Sequence record: PZ379178.1 | Strand: one strand, 5' to 3' | Length of the DNA: 46,856 nt | Source of the DNA: a phage | Shown: positions 1 through 8,036 of the stretch, piece by piece | Position numbering within the stretch: position 1 is the first letter of the stretch | Layout: every line of letters begins with the position of its first letter | Position numbers and translations under genes: made by a program | Notes under the pieces: generated by a model | Database searches by the model: none | What the model was told of the DNA's origin: nothing | What the model saw: the letters and a program-made list of their open reading frames with translations, nothing else

Positions 1-390
1 CCGGCTGTTATCGCGATAGATGAGTGCTTAACTGGAGACACGATGATAACCACCGATTCAGGGATGATGAGGATTGATAGCGAAGACCTTATCAATCATA
101 AAATAAAATGCATAAACGAAAGCACTGGTGATTACTTCTATCATAAGCCAAAAAGAGTTTTTACTAATGGTGTAAGACATGTATCATCAATTAAATTAGA
201 AAGCGGAGAGGAAATAAAATGCACGAGTACACACAAACTTTATTCGAACGGCTGCTGGGTAGGAGCGGGAAAACTTCGTATTGGGATGAATCTGTCGCTA
301 GACGGCTCGCAGGACAAATTTACGAAAAAGCTCCTGCGTGCAAGTGTGGCTGTGGTGAAAAAGTTATGCCGCATTCAAGCAAGGGGTTAG
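1..390 (+). CDS. Helicase N-fragment (3-prime end, continues from window end) fused to split-intein N-half
   Basis: Frame-1 ORF open from nt 1 to stop 388-390; PAVIAIDE (helicase motif II) then Cys codon 25-27 starting intein block A CLTGDT and block B GEEIKCTSTH; joins in frame with ORF 46437..46856. Confidence 0.6.
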   Translation, partial: PAVIAIDECLTGDTMITTDSGMMRIDSEDLINHKIKCINESTGDYFYHKPKRVFTNGVRHVSSIKLESGEEIKCTSTHKLYSNGCWVGAGKLRIGMNLSLDGSQDKFTKKLLRASVAVVKKLCRIQARG

Positions 391-1073
391 GCGTACTTCT
401 TAAGAACCCTTTCGATTTCTATTTGGATTACAGAACGGGCCATCATAATTCAACCGTCAACCCATCAATGGAGGTTGATGACTTTTTACATCAAAACATT
501 CTTGCGGCAATGGCTGGTGATGGTTGCTTGATTAAAAATACAGAAAAAGGAACGCATAGGCTATCTTGGAATATGGGAAATAAGGAGCACGCACTAAGCA
601 AGGTTGAAAGGTTTGCAAAACTAAACCCTAGATACAGGGAGAAGAAAAACCCTGGATTTGGCGACAACTGGTTTTGCGTATCAACATCATGTACGAAAGT
701 TCTGGATTCATATGCTGATAAGTACGGAAATTCTAAGGATGGTTACGATATTGGAAAGATATGCAGAGAGCTTAATCCAGTTGGTTGGGCTGCTTACTTT
801 GGTGATGATGGTCATTGCACTGTAAGCTCAGGGAAGAGGGTTGTAGAAATCCACACCGAATCATTTAGCAGGCGTGAAGTTCAATCAGTAGTTGATGCGC
901 TAATAGCATTTATTGCTAATGACGGAGTTAAGGTTAGAAGCTATATTGGCGGCAAGAAAAAGAGAGAGCTTTACTCAGTATCAATAACAACGAGGTCGGC
1001 ACAAGATGAGTTTTTTAAGAGAATTAGTAAGCACATGGAAAATGGCGTGGAATACAAAATCAAGCAAAATTAA
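366..1073 (+). CDS. LAGLIDADG-family homing endonuclease, free-standing ORF between intein halves
   Basis: Frame-0 ORF 219..1073 with two LAGLIDADG-like motifs (LAAMAGDGCL and AAYFGDDGHC); start 366 is first ATG with GGTGA-like SD, 219 is an alternative; overlaps both intein-half ORFs in a different frame. Confidence 0.55.
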   Translation: MPHSSKGLGVLLKNPFDFYLDYRTGHHNSTVNPSMEVDDFLHQNILAAMAGDGCLIKNTEKGTHRLSWNMGNKEHALSKVERFAKLNPRYREKKNPGFGDNWFCVSTSCTKVLDSYADKYGNSKDGYDIGKICRELNPVGWAAYFGDDGHCTVSSGKRVVEIHTESFSRREVQSVVDALIAFIANDGVKVRSYIGGKKKRELYSVSITTRSAQDEFFKRISKHMENGVEYKIKQN

Positions 1074-2715
1074 AGACATCTCACCCATTGGCAAGGAACT
1101 TGTTTGGGATATAGAGATGCCTGAGCACCATAATTTCATTGCTGACGGGGTCGTGGCACATAATTGCCACATGGTGGACCATATGGATATCGTAGAAGCT
1201 GAAGAGAATGAGGAAACATTCGAGCAGATGAGCACGAAGAAGGGTGAGATGGTCTTTAAGGATGGTGTGAATACCGGGCTTCTTGGCACTGGTCGCGCGC
1301 AATACACGTTAATCATTACCGAAATGAAGCGTCGATGCAAGGAGAAGTACGGTCGCGAACTTCGTATCTTTGGGTTAACTGGTAGCCCGTACCGTAACAA
1401 CGACCACATTGTAGTTAGTAACCCAAATGTCCGTGGATTCTGGCGCAAAACTGTAATGCAAGTGCCAACCAGCTACCTTGTTGACTTGGGGTTTGTTGTT
1501 CCTACTGTCTACGGTGAAGTTGGTGATTTGGGCTACGACCTTAGTGAGTTCACTCCTGATGGAAGTGATGGGGTTAAGGACTTCAGCAAGAAAGAAATGG
1601 ATGCGATGGCTGCAAAGATTCACGAAAACCAAACGATGACACAAAAGATAATGGGATTTGCTGCTAAGTTTATGGAAACAAGGAATGCTGCATTGGTAAC
1701 TTGCGCTGGCAAACAGCATTGCGAGGAGGCGGCAGCCGCACTTCCAGAAGGTGTTACTTGGGCGATAGTTACCAACTCCACTGGTGAGAAGAAGCGTAGA
1801 GAGATACTTGAGAAGGCAGCCAACGGAGAATATAAGTTCATATTTCAGATTGGTTGCCTCACAACTGGCGTAAACTGCCCCCCGTGGGATACAAGCATTA
1901 TCCTGAGGAAGGTTGGTAGCATTACTCTACTCATTCAGTTGCTTGGTCGTGGTATGCGTATCCTTAAGAAGAAGCACAAAGAAGCTGGAATGGTAAAAGA
2001 TGACCATGTTGTTCTTGATTTTGCTGGAACGCTTGATGATATGGCTGAACTTTACTTCGACCCAATTATAGAAGAGGTACAAGACCAGAAATTTAGGTCA
2101 GCAAGAAAGCGTGGTGATGAGCCAAGAATCTGTCCGGTATGCTCTTATGGGAACTCTCCATTCGCCAGGCGCTGCAATAACGTAATTGACGGGAAGCGCT
2201 GTGAGCACTTCTTTCAGTTTAGACTGTGTGAAGATATAGCGGACCCACAGACCAAAGCTATCATCAAGAAAGGATGCGGTGAGAAGAATGATATTGCAGC
2301 TAAGAATTGCAGATGCTGTGGTGAGATGCTCATAGACCCGAATGCTAAGTTATCAGGAAAAATGTATCGTAAGGGGGACTGGTTGCGAGTTTATGACTTC
2401 AAGATTGGGTTAACAAAGAACCAGTCAGGGATTGTTGCTTCATATGAGGTAATGGCTCATAGTGGAGATAAGTTCCGAGCTTATGAAACATTCTTCCCGG
2501 AGTCAGACCATCGTGTTTGTTCTGTCAAATGGAAGGCGTTTTGCTCAACTCACATCGAGAACAGGACTGAGGCTTTTAGGATTGGCAGATTGCGTAATGC
2601 TAAAATGATTATGACAAATGCACATCTTTTCCGTGCGCCGCTAAGGATTACGCACCGCAAGAATCAGAAGTCGCAAGATATTATCGCCAACAAATCATTT
2701 ACGATGGAGGATTGA
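1006..2715 (+). CDS. Split-intein C-half fused to helicase C-terminal fragment (SF2 DExH helicase with Cys-rich tail)
   Basis: N-terminus KELVWDIEMPEHHNFIADGVVAHN then C-H (intein blocks F/G, HN ending at 1164, +1 Cys at 1165-1167); downstream QLLGRGMR (helicase motif VI) and CxxC clusters; alternative start ATG 1042. Confidence 0.6.
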   Translation: MSFLRELVSTWKMAWNTKSSKIKDISPIGKELVWDIEMPEHHNFIADGVVAHNCHMVDHMDIVEAEENEETFEQMSTKKGEMVFKDGVNTGLLGTGRAQYTLIITEMKRRCKEKYGRELRIFGLTGSPYRNNDHIVVSNPNVRGFWRKTVMQVPTSYLVDLGFVVPTVYGEVGDLGYDLSEFTPDGSDGVKDFSKKEMDAMAAKIHENQTMTQKIMGFAAKFMETRNAALVTCAGKQHCEEAAAALPEGVTWAIVTNSTGEKKRREILEKAANGEYKFIFQIGCLTTGVNCPPWDTSIILRKVGSITLLIQLLGRGMRILKKKHKEAGMVKDDHVVLDFAGTLDDMAELYFDPIIEEVQDQKFRSARKRGDEPRICPVCSYGNSPFARRCNNVIDGKRCEHFFQFRLCEDIADPQTKAIIKKGCGEKNDIAAKNCRCCGEMLIDPNAKLSGKMYRKGDWLRVYDFKIGLTKNQSGIVASYEVMAHSGDKFRAYETFFPESDHRVCSVKWKAFCSTHIENRTEAFRIGRLRNAKMIMTNAHLFRAPLRITHRKNQKSQDIIANKSFTMED

Positions 2716-2716
2716 T

Positions 2717-3136
2717 ATGAAAATCACAGACAAAGGTGATTACCTCGAGTTCTATGGCGGACCGGTGAAGTCATGCCCAAAGGAAGACGATGAACAAATC
2801 TTCTGCTCTGATTGGGTGAAATACAACTATCCGCAGATTGTTTACTGGCACACGATTAACGAAAATAAAAAGAGCATTGGTCAAGCAAGAAAAGACCAAG
2901 CCAAGGGGCTTCTCAAAGGTGTGTCAGACTGCTTATTTCTGATACCTGAGTCATTGCGTGGCGGTTATCCATTTGGCGCCATAGAGTTAAAGAGGGCTGG
3001 TAAAACGCAAGCAAGCCCAGTTAGCAATGAGCAAAAGTCATTCCTAAAAAGCGTAAGTGAATCAGGCGGTTTCGCAGCGGTGGCTTATGGAAGAGAGGGT
3101 TTTCTTGCGGCATTCGCAGAGATGATAAGAAAATAG
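2717..3136 (+). CDS. VRR-NUC-like PD-(D/E)XK nuclease
   Basis: 139 aa; GVSDCLFLIP ... FGAIELKRAGKTQ matches D...E-x-K nuclease core of VRR-NUC proteins; immediately follows helicase. Confidence 0.55.
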   Translation: MKITDKGDYLEFYGGPVKSCPKEDDEQIFCSDWVKYNYPQIVYWHTINENKKSIGQARKDQAKGLLKGVSDCLFLIPESLRGGYPFGAIELKRAGKTQASPVSNEQKSFLKSVSESGGFAAVAYGREGFLAAFAEMIRK

Positions 3137-3185
3137 CACGAATTGCTAAAGACGAATTGGTGAGTTGGTGTATTATCAACTCATC
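3134..3185 (+). promoter_or_regulatory. Box-hairpin-leader cassette (candidate phage promoter)
   Basis: Box TAGCACGAATTGCTAAA 3134-3150, hairpin GAGTTG/CAACTC, TATTAT 3171-3176, leader CATCGAAACG from 3182; ATG 3215. Confidence 0.5.
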
Positions 3186-3214
3186 GAAACGAAACACACA
3201 AAGAGAGAAAGAAA

Positions 3215-3409
3215 ATGGCTACTATCTATACTGGTAAATTCTACGAATCACGCAAGACTGGCTACATCTACGAGATGCAAGTAACTGAAGATGGTTATGT
3301 TTTGGTTGACATTGAAGACTGCACATATGCATTCGAAGTTAGCCCAACTTACAAATATGATCTGGAAACTGTTAAAAACGAATTCGGCGAAAAATTTGAT
3401 GAGGTATAA
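3215..3409 (+). CDS. Hypothetical small protein
   Basis: 64-aa ORF 81 nt downstream of promoter box 3134; AGAGAGAAAG purine run before ATG. Confidence 0.5.
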   Translation: MATIYTGKFYESRKTGYIYEMQVTEDGYVLVDIEDCTYAFEVSPTYKYDLETVKNEFGEKFDEV

Positions 3410-3414
3410 GAGTA

Positions 3415-3636
3415 ATGGCAATTTTAACATTTGACAAACAATGGGAACTATTTCAGGCAATGGTGGTTCAGGAATTACACAAGGCTGGATATAAAGGTGA
3501 TGTTTGGGATTTGGCCTGGTGCCTTGATTACAGTTTTGAGGAAGATTACTTGCGAACCGATATCGAAACGTGGCGCGACCGCATGGTTGCAGATATCGCA
3601 GATATGAAAAAAGATTGCCCGGAGGATTTTGAATAA
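3415..3636 (+). CDS. Hypothetical small protein
   Basis: 73-aa ORF, tightly packed after 3215..3409. Confidence 0.5.
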   Translation: MAILTFDKQWELFQAMVVQELHKAGYKGDVWDLAWCLDYSFEEDYLRTDIETWRDRMVADIADMKKDCPEDFE

Positions 3637-3761
3637 TGAAAATCGTAGATAAGGAGATGTTCGAGATTGCGCAAGTTTATGCGATTGATGCGGTTAAGAA
3701 TAAATCAGAGTGGTCATGGATGTGCGCTCGTGAATATCTGAAATTGGCATACGGCTTATGA
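3636..3761 (+). CDS. Hypothetical small protein (41 aa)
   Basis: ATG overlaps upstream stop (TAATG), ends in ATGA overlap with next ORF; below ORF-track size cutoff. Confidence 0.35.
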   Translation: MKIVDKEMFEIAQVYAIDAVKNKSEWSWMCAREYLKLAYGL

Positions 3762-4000
3762 TAGTTGAAACAGGACGGGCCGCAGTCTGGGCCCACTGCG
3801 CAGAGGCTGGCATTCAGGACGACATTAAGATGATATCTAAGTACTTCGATATAAAAGATATCAGTGTCATCTTCAACGGTAAGTTTACGTACATGGATGA
3901 AAGGCCGCGCAAGTATCTCAGGGTTAAACCTGGCGTCACGATAAACACGAATGAGTTCCTGAAAGAGAAGGGATTCAAATTTAAGATAACGAAGGGTTAA
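3758..4000 (+). CDS. Hypothetical protein
   Basis: 80-aa ORF translationally coupled to neighbours. Confidence 0.5.
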   Translation: MIVETGRAAVWAHCAEAGIQDDIKMISKYFDIKDISVIFNGKFTYMDERPRKYLRVKPGVTINTNEFLKEKGFKFKITKG

Positions 4001-4002
4001 TT

Positions 4003-4254
4003 ATGTTTGGATTAGATTTCCAGCCAAAGCATTATGATTTAGTGCATGGTAGTAGCGGAGCCAGGTTTAGAGCGATACCTATTGATGACTGGTTTCCACC
4101 TGACTATGTGGATGTTAACGCGAAGACGAAGGACGGTAAATGGGTACAGATTTACTACTCTCCAGCGTGCGGTAATCTGTGCATGACAGACATGGACCAA
4201 AAATTAGCAATTAGTGCTGATTTGTTGGATTTCTGGTTAAAAGAGGTTGAATGA
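4003..4254 (+). CDS. Hypothetical protein
   Basis: 83-aa ORF, 2 nt after previous stop. Confidence 0.5.
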   Translation: MFGLDFQPKHYDLVHGSSGARFRAIPIDDWFPPDYVDVNAKTKDGKWVQIYYSPACGNLCMTDMDQKLAISADLLDFWLKEVE

Positions 4255-4335
4255 GGTACGTAGCCCTAGTAGCATTAGCACCACTGGTTAGCTTTACTAT
4301 CTTATATTTTATCGTGATGAACTAAGGACTTAAAA

Positions 4336-5472
4336 ATGGCAGCAGCAAAGATTACCAACGAGCAATTAATCGAAGAACTGAAAAACGGCCTTACTAACAA
4401 GGCGATTGCAGAGAAGTATGGTATGAACATTCGTAACGTTGAGATTCGTCGCAGTAAGTTGGCTAAGAGTGGCTTGTTCGGGCATGGTAACGAAGGCATT
4501 AAGAAGCTAGTACCGGACGGATACTTGGTAAAAGGCACTTCGACCATGATTGATGCGGATGGGAATGAGAAGCTGCGTTGGGTTAAGACTTCAATTGATA
4601 ATGAGCGCCTTGAGATTCTGCTTGAGCAAGCACGAGAGGCATTTTGTTCTGACTTACCAAAGGCAGTTGCCAGTGAGTGCCCAGACATTGATTTTGATGA
4701 TGACACGATGGCTATGTATCCGGTTTTCGACCTTCACATTGGCGCAATGGCTCATAAGCATGAGTGCGGTGAAAACTACGACACTGCAACAGCAGAGAAG
4801 GTAATGAATAGCTTCTTTGATTATGCTGTAGATAAGGCTCCTAAATCAATAAATGCGACATTAGTTTTGGGGGGTGATTTTCTGCATTACGACTCTCTAG
4901 AGGCTAAAACACCAGCATCAGGACATATCTTAGACAGCGACAGTCGCTATGCTAAATTGGTTTACGTAGCAATCCGCTCAGTGCGTCGTGCGGTTTCAAG
5001 GATGCTTGAGAAGCACCAAATCATTGATATTAAAGTAATAAGTGGAAATCACGACGAAGCTGGGATGGTTTGGTTGCGTGCAGCATTGGCGGCATTCTAT
5101 GAAGACGAGGAGCGAATTACTGTCGACGTAAGCCCAGCAGCAATGCTGATGACAAGCTTCGGCTCAACATTGATTGGTTATACTCATGGTCACCAGATGC
5201 GAAAAGCTGAAACTCGACTTACAGTAATGGCTACAGACTTTCGTAAACTATTCGGTAACAGCGAATATGTCTATACACACTCGGGCCACTGGCATAGTCA
5301 GAAAATTACAGAAACAAACCTGGGTATCGATGAAGTTCATGGTCAGCTTGGCGCGCCAGATGCCTATTCAGCTAATGGAGGATGGCGCTCAATGCGTCAA
5401 GCAGCGGTAATCGTTTACCATAAGCGTTTTGGTGAGGTTGGTCGATTTATTTGTCGCCCTGAGATGTTCTAA
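4336..5472 (+). CDS. Calcineurin-like metallophosphoesterase with N-terminal HTH-like region
   Basis: Motifs DLHIG, GGDFLHYD, GNHDE, GHQM, GHWH in order typical of metallophosphoesterases; N-terminal LTNKAIAEKYGMNIRNVEIRR resembles a helix-turn-helix. Confidence 0.6.
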   Translation: MAAAKITNEQLIEELKNGLTNKAIAEKYGMNIRNVEIRRSKLAKSGLFGHGNEGIKKLVPDGYLVKGTSTMIDADGNEKLRWVKTSIDNERLEILLEQAREAFCSDLPKAVASECPDIDFDDDTMAMYPVFDLHIGAMAHKHECGENYDTATAEKVMNSFFDYAVDKAPKSINATLVLGGDFLHYDSLEAKTPASGHILDSDSRYAKLVYVAIRSVRRAVSRMLEKHQIIDIKVISGNHDEAGMVWLRAALAAFYEDEERITVDVSPAAMLMTSFGSTLIGYTHGHQMRKAETRLTVMATDFRKLFGNSEYVYTHSGHWHSQKITETNLGIDEVHGQLGAPDAYSANGGWRSMRQAAVIVYHKRFGEVGRFICRPEMF

Positions 5473-5473
5473 G

Positions 5474-5546
5474 TAGCACTTTTTGTTAATAAAGCCTCAA
5501 AGGATTGAGGCAAAATGAATAAACGATAACGAGATGAGGAGTTGTA
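5474..5546 (+). promoter_or_regulatory. Box-hairpin-leader cassette, variant box
   Basis: Box TAGCACTTTTTGTTAAT 5474-5490, hairpin GCCTCAA/TTGAGGC, leader AACGAGATGAGGAG; ATG 5547. Confidence 0.45.
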
Positions 5547-6020
5547 ATGATTTACGTGTTTGATATTGATGGAACTATTGCTAACAATGAACATAGAAGC
5601 CACCTCTTACCATCTAGTGACCTTCACTTGACTTCAAGTTGGAGTGATTACAATAGAGCCTGTTCTGGAGATTCACCGATAATTCCAATGATAAACATGA
5701 TGAATGCGTTAGCTGAGTTATCGCCAGTTTACATCATGACTTCAAGAAGTGACGAAGTCGAATGTATGACGCTTGAATGGCTTCAGTATAATAATATTAA
5801 TTATGATGGAATATATATGAGGAGTAGATTGGATAACAGAAATGACTATATCATTAAAGAGATGTGGCTAAATGATTTGTGTAATGGTGACAAAGCAAGT
5901 GTGATAATCTTTGAGGATAATCCTAATGTTATCAGTCACCTAAGGAATTGCGGATATACTGTAATGTCAGTTTGTGAATATAAAGAATTACCAAAAGACT
6001 GCGAATCTCACGGAGAATAA
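5547..6020 (+). CDS. HAD-superfamily phosphatase-like protein
   Basis: N-terminal FDIDGTIA (DxDGT HAD motif I); 73 nt downstream of promoter box 5474. Confidence 0.5.
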   Translation: MIYVFDIDGTIANNEHRSHLLPSSDLHLTSSWSDYNRACSGDSPIIPMINMMNALAELSPVYIMTSRSDEVECMTLEWLQYNNINYDGIYMRSRLDNRNDYIIKEMWLNDLCNGDKASVIIFEDNPNVISHLRNCGYTVMSVCEYKELPKDCESHGE

Positions 6021-6021
6021 A

Positions 6022-6576
6022 ATGAAAAAGTTAATCATCCTTAATGCACCCCCTGGTGCTGGAAAAGATACAGTTGCAGATATCATTGTTAATCTTGGAA
6101 TTTGCAAGGATAAGGTTTCATTCAAGTCACCAATGTTTAATGTTGCAAAAGGAATACTATCAAGCGATGAGTTTGATGAATTTATTAAGAATTACGATGA
6201 CCGAGAGTACAAAGAATCACCACATGAATTTCTTGGTGGAATGACGGTTCGTGAATTTATGATTTGGATTAGTGAGTCAGTTATGAAGCCAGTCTTTGGT
6301 GATGATGTTTTCGGTAAAAGGCTAGCGCAATCACTTGGTGATGGTTGCTATATCTGTGCTGATGGTGGCTTCGCTAGCGAGATTAATACTCTCATTGATT
6401 CAGGGGTTGAAGTTACTTTGATTAGACTTTTTAGGCCTGGCTATACTTTTGATGGAGATAGCCGCTCCTACATTCGCGGTGTCTGCGCAAGAGAAATTGA
6501 CGTTCATGTTGTAGATGGTGATATTGATGGAACCTCTGCTTTGGTAATGCACGTAATAAATAGCACGAATTGCTAA
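6022..6576 (+). CDS. P-loop kinase, dNMP-kinase-like
   Basis: N-terminal LNAPPGAGKDT P-loop and RPG motif as in phage deoxynucleoside-monophosphate kinases; start 6022 is ATG 1 nt after upstream stop (ORF track opens at 5974 in same frame); ends INSTNC* inside promoter box. Confidence 0.55.
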   Translation: MKKLIILNAPPGAGKDTVADIIVNLGICKDKVSFKSPMFNVAKGILSSDEFDEFIKNYDDREYKESPHEFLGGMTVREFMIWISESVMKPVFGDDVFGKRLAQSLGDGCYICADGGFASEINTLIDSGVEVTLIRLFRPGYTFDGDSRSYIRGVCAREIDVHVVDGDIDGTSALVMHVINSTNC

Positions 6577-6612
6577 ACAATCGCCGGAGTAATCCGGCAT
6601 AATTACTACATC
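6561..6612 (+). promoter_or_regulatory. Box-hairpin-leader cassette
   Basis: Box TAGCACGAATTGCTAAA 6561-6577, hairpin CCGGA/TCCGG, CATAAT 6598-6603 (22-nt gap from TTGCTA), leader CATCGAAAAC from 6609; ATG 6635. Confidence 0.5.
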
Positions 6613-6634
6613 GAAAACAACAGAGGATTCAAAA

Positions 6635-6808
6635 ATGACTAAATTATACTGCGTTAAAAACAACTCAAAGACACTGCCGTTCACCGAAAACCAGCCGTAC
6701 AGCGCAGAGTCTCTAGGTGACGGTTACTACAAAGTTTACGGTGACGATATGACTCACATCCTTGCGCCGATTGATGGCTCTTTGGTGGAATTTATTATCG
6801 CAGATTAA
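6635..6808 (+). CDS. Hypothetical small protein (57 aa)
   Basis: ATG 74 nt downstream of promoter box 6561 with AGAGGA SD; followed by terminator hairpin. Confidence 0.35.
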   Translation: MTKLYCVKNNSKTLPFTENQPYSAESLGDGYYKVYGDDMTHILAPIDGSLVEFIIAD

Positions 6809-6832
6809 CACATCAAAAACATAGATTTGCAT

Positions 6833-6862
6833 GCGGGGGGCCTTTTGGCTCCCCTTTTTTTT
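6833..6862 (+). terminator. Rho-independent terminator
   Basis: GC-rich hairpin GGGGGCC...GGCTCCCC followed by T8. Confidence 0.6.
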
Positions 6863-6936
6863 GCTTATAATTTGCCACCGCCTAATGTATGATATTTGCA
6901 CTATGTATTGACAAATTAGGATTTAAAGGTGATCAC

Positions 6937-7152
6937 ATGAGGGAAGTAATTAACGCCGCCACGGCATCAACCGGCGGAGCCGCTGTAACTGGTGCCGCAA
7001 CTGGTCAAATGACTATAGCAATAATCAGCCTTGTGGCTCTTGTTGTTTTCGGGCTGTGGGGAGCATATTGGAAGTTTAAGGACAGTCAGGCAATCAGGAA
7101 GGCTCTAGAGTCGGGTGATTTAAAGACAGCTATCAATATTAGGAGTAAGTAA
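6937..7152 (+). CDS. Holin (putative)
   Basis: 72 aa with one strongly hydrophobic segment IAIISLVALVVFGLWGAYW and charged C-terminus; directly precedes endolysin; AAAGGTGA SD before ATG 6937. Confidence 0.5.
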   Translation: MREVINAATASTGGAAVTGAATGQMTIAIISLVALVVFGLWGAYWKFKDSQAIRKALESGDLKTAINIRSK

Positions 7153-7637
7153 TGAAGCAGAAGCTGGTAATTAGTGCAGCGACGGCTGTGGCAATATACA
7201 TCGCAGCGCCGATTATTGAGCTAGTAGAAGGTGTGGAATACAAGCCTTACATGGACATTGCAGGCATTCCTACGGTTTGTTCAGGTATCACTGGTCCTGA
7301 TGTGGTGTGGGGTAAAAAGTACAGTGCAAGGGAGTGCAGGAACTTACTGGAGAAACACATCCAGATTCATGGAAAGTATGTGCAGGATGCAGTAACTTAC
7401 CCAATCTCTCCACAGACAAGGGCGGCGTTAATCAGCTTTAGCTACAACGTTGGTGGCGCTGCAATGAGGAAGTCAACGGCAGTAAGGCTGATTAATCAGG
7501 GCAAGATTGAAGAGGGTTGTAATGCTCTCGCCTCCTGGAATAAAGCTCGAGTAAATGGCAAGCTAAAAGTTGTTAAAGGCCTCGTTAACAGGCGCAACGA
7601 GGAGATTAAATTATGCTTAAGTGGGGTGGGTAAATGA
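7152..7637 (+). CDS. SAR endolysin (GH24 lysozyme-like)
   Basis: N-terminal hydrophobic SAR-like segment then E-x8-D-x5-T catalytic triad (ELVEGVEYKPYMDIAGIPT). Confidence 0.7.
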   Translation: MKQKLVISAATAVAIYIAAPIIELVEGVEYKPYMDIAGIPTVCSGITGPDVVWGKKYSARECRNLLEKHIQIHGKYVQDAVTYPISPQTRAALISFSYNVGGAAMRKSTAVRLINQGKIEEGCNALASWNKARVNGKLKVVKGLVNRRNEEIKLCLSGVGK

Positions 7638-8020
7638 AGGCTGCGTTAATTGCTGCGGTAATTATACTTTCTGGTTGCTCGGCAACATCTGCGCTGACCG
7701 GGTTGATTGGTAGTAAGCCAGAGATTAGCGCTCAAGCAGGTGCGGAGAATAACAAGGTTGGAGTAGGGCTAACTAATAAGGTTGATTCAAGTTCCAGCGC
7801 AAAGGCTGAAGTGAAGAACTCTAAGGTTGACACTCTTGATAGTTCAAGCGGTAAAAAGACTTCTGATAACTCAATCAAGGCATCAACAATCACGGCTGAG
7901 AAGATTGAAATCACCAACAATGATTCGTCTGCAATCCCGTGGATTGGGAGTGGAATCATGTTTTGCGTCATCATCATTCTGCTCTTAATGATATTCAGGA
8001 AAAACAAAAAAGCCCCGTAA
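7634..8020 (+). CDS. Unimolecular spanin (lipoprotein with C-terminal TMD)
   Basis: Lipobox LSGC after signal peptide, Ser/Thr-rich middle, C-terminal TMD IMFCVIIILLLMIF; position after endolysin as in T1-type lysis cassettes. Confidence 0.6.
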   Translation: MKAALIAAVIILSGCSATSALTGLIGSKPEISAQAGAENNKVGVGLTNKVDSSSSAKAEVKNSKVDTLDSSSGKKTSDNSIKASTITAEKIEITNNDSSAIPWIGSGIMFCVIIILLLMIFRKNKKAP

Positions 8021-8036
8021 TGGGGCTATTTTTATG
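8000..8036. terminator. Bidirectional terminator between convergent blocks
   Basis: Hairpin AGCCCC-GTAAT-GGGGCT flanked by A-run upstream and T-run downstream. Confidence 0.6.

Noticed and set aside
219-1073. Interpreting ORFs 43..390 and 219..1073 as one gene needing programmed frameshifts to produce a contiguous intein
   Set aside because: It would need two opposite programmed frameshifts with no slippery motifs; a split intein plus free-standing endonuclease, or sequencing indels, explain the frames more simply.
981-1841. Minus-strand ORFs 981..1448, 1081..1302, 1375..1719, 1620..1841 antisense to the intein and helicase
   Set aside because: Fully embedded antisense to a motif-supported coding region; no start context.
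6561-6577. Reading the box as a sigma54 (-24/-12) promoter because of TAGCACG...TTGCT similarity
   Set aside because: The near-invariant GG of the -24 element is AG here and the GC-to-GC spacing is about 2 nt short of the sigma54 consensus.
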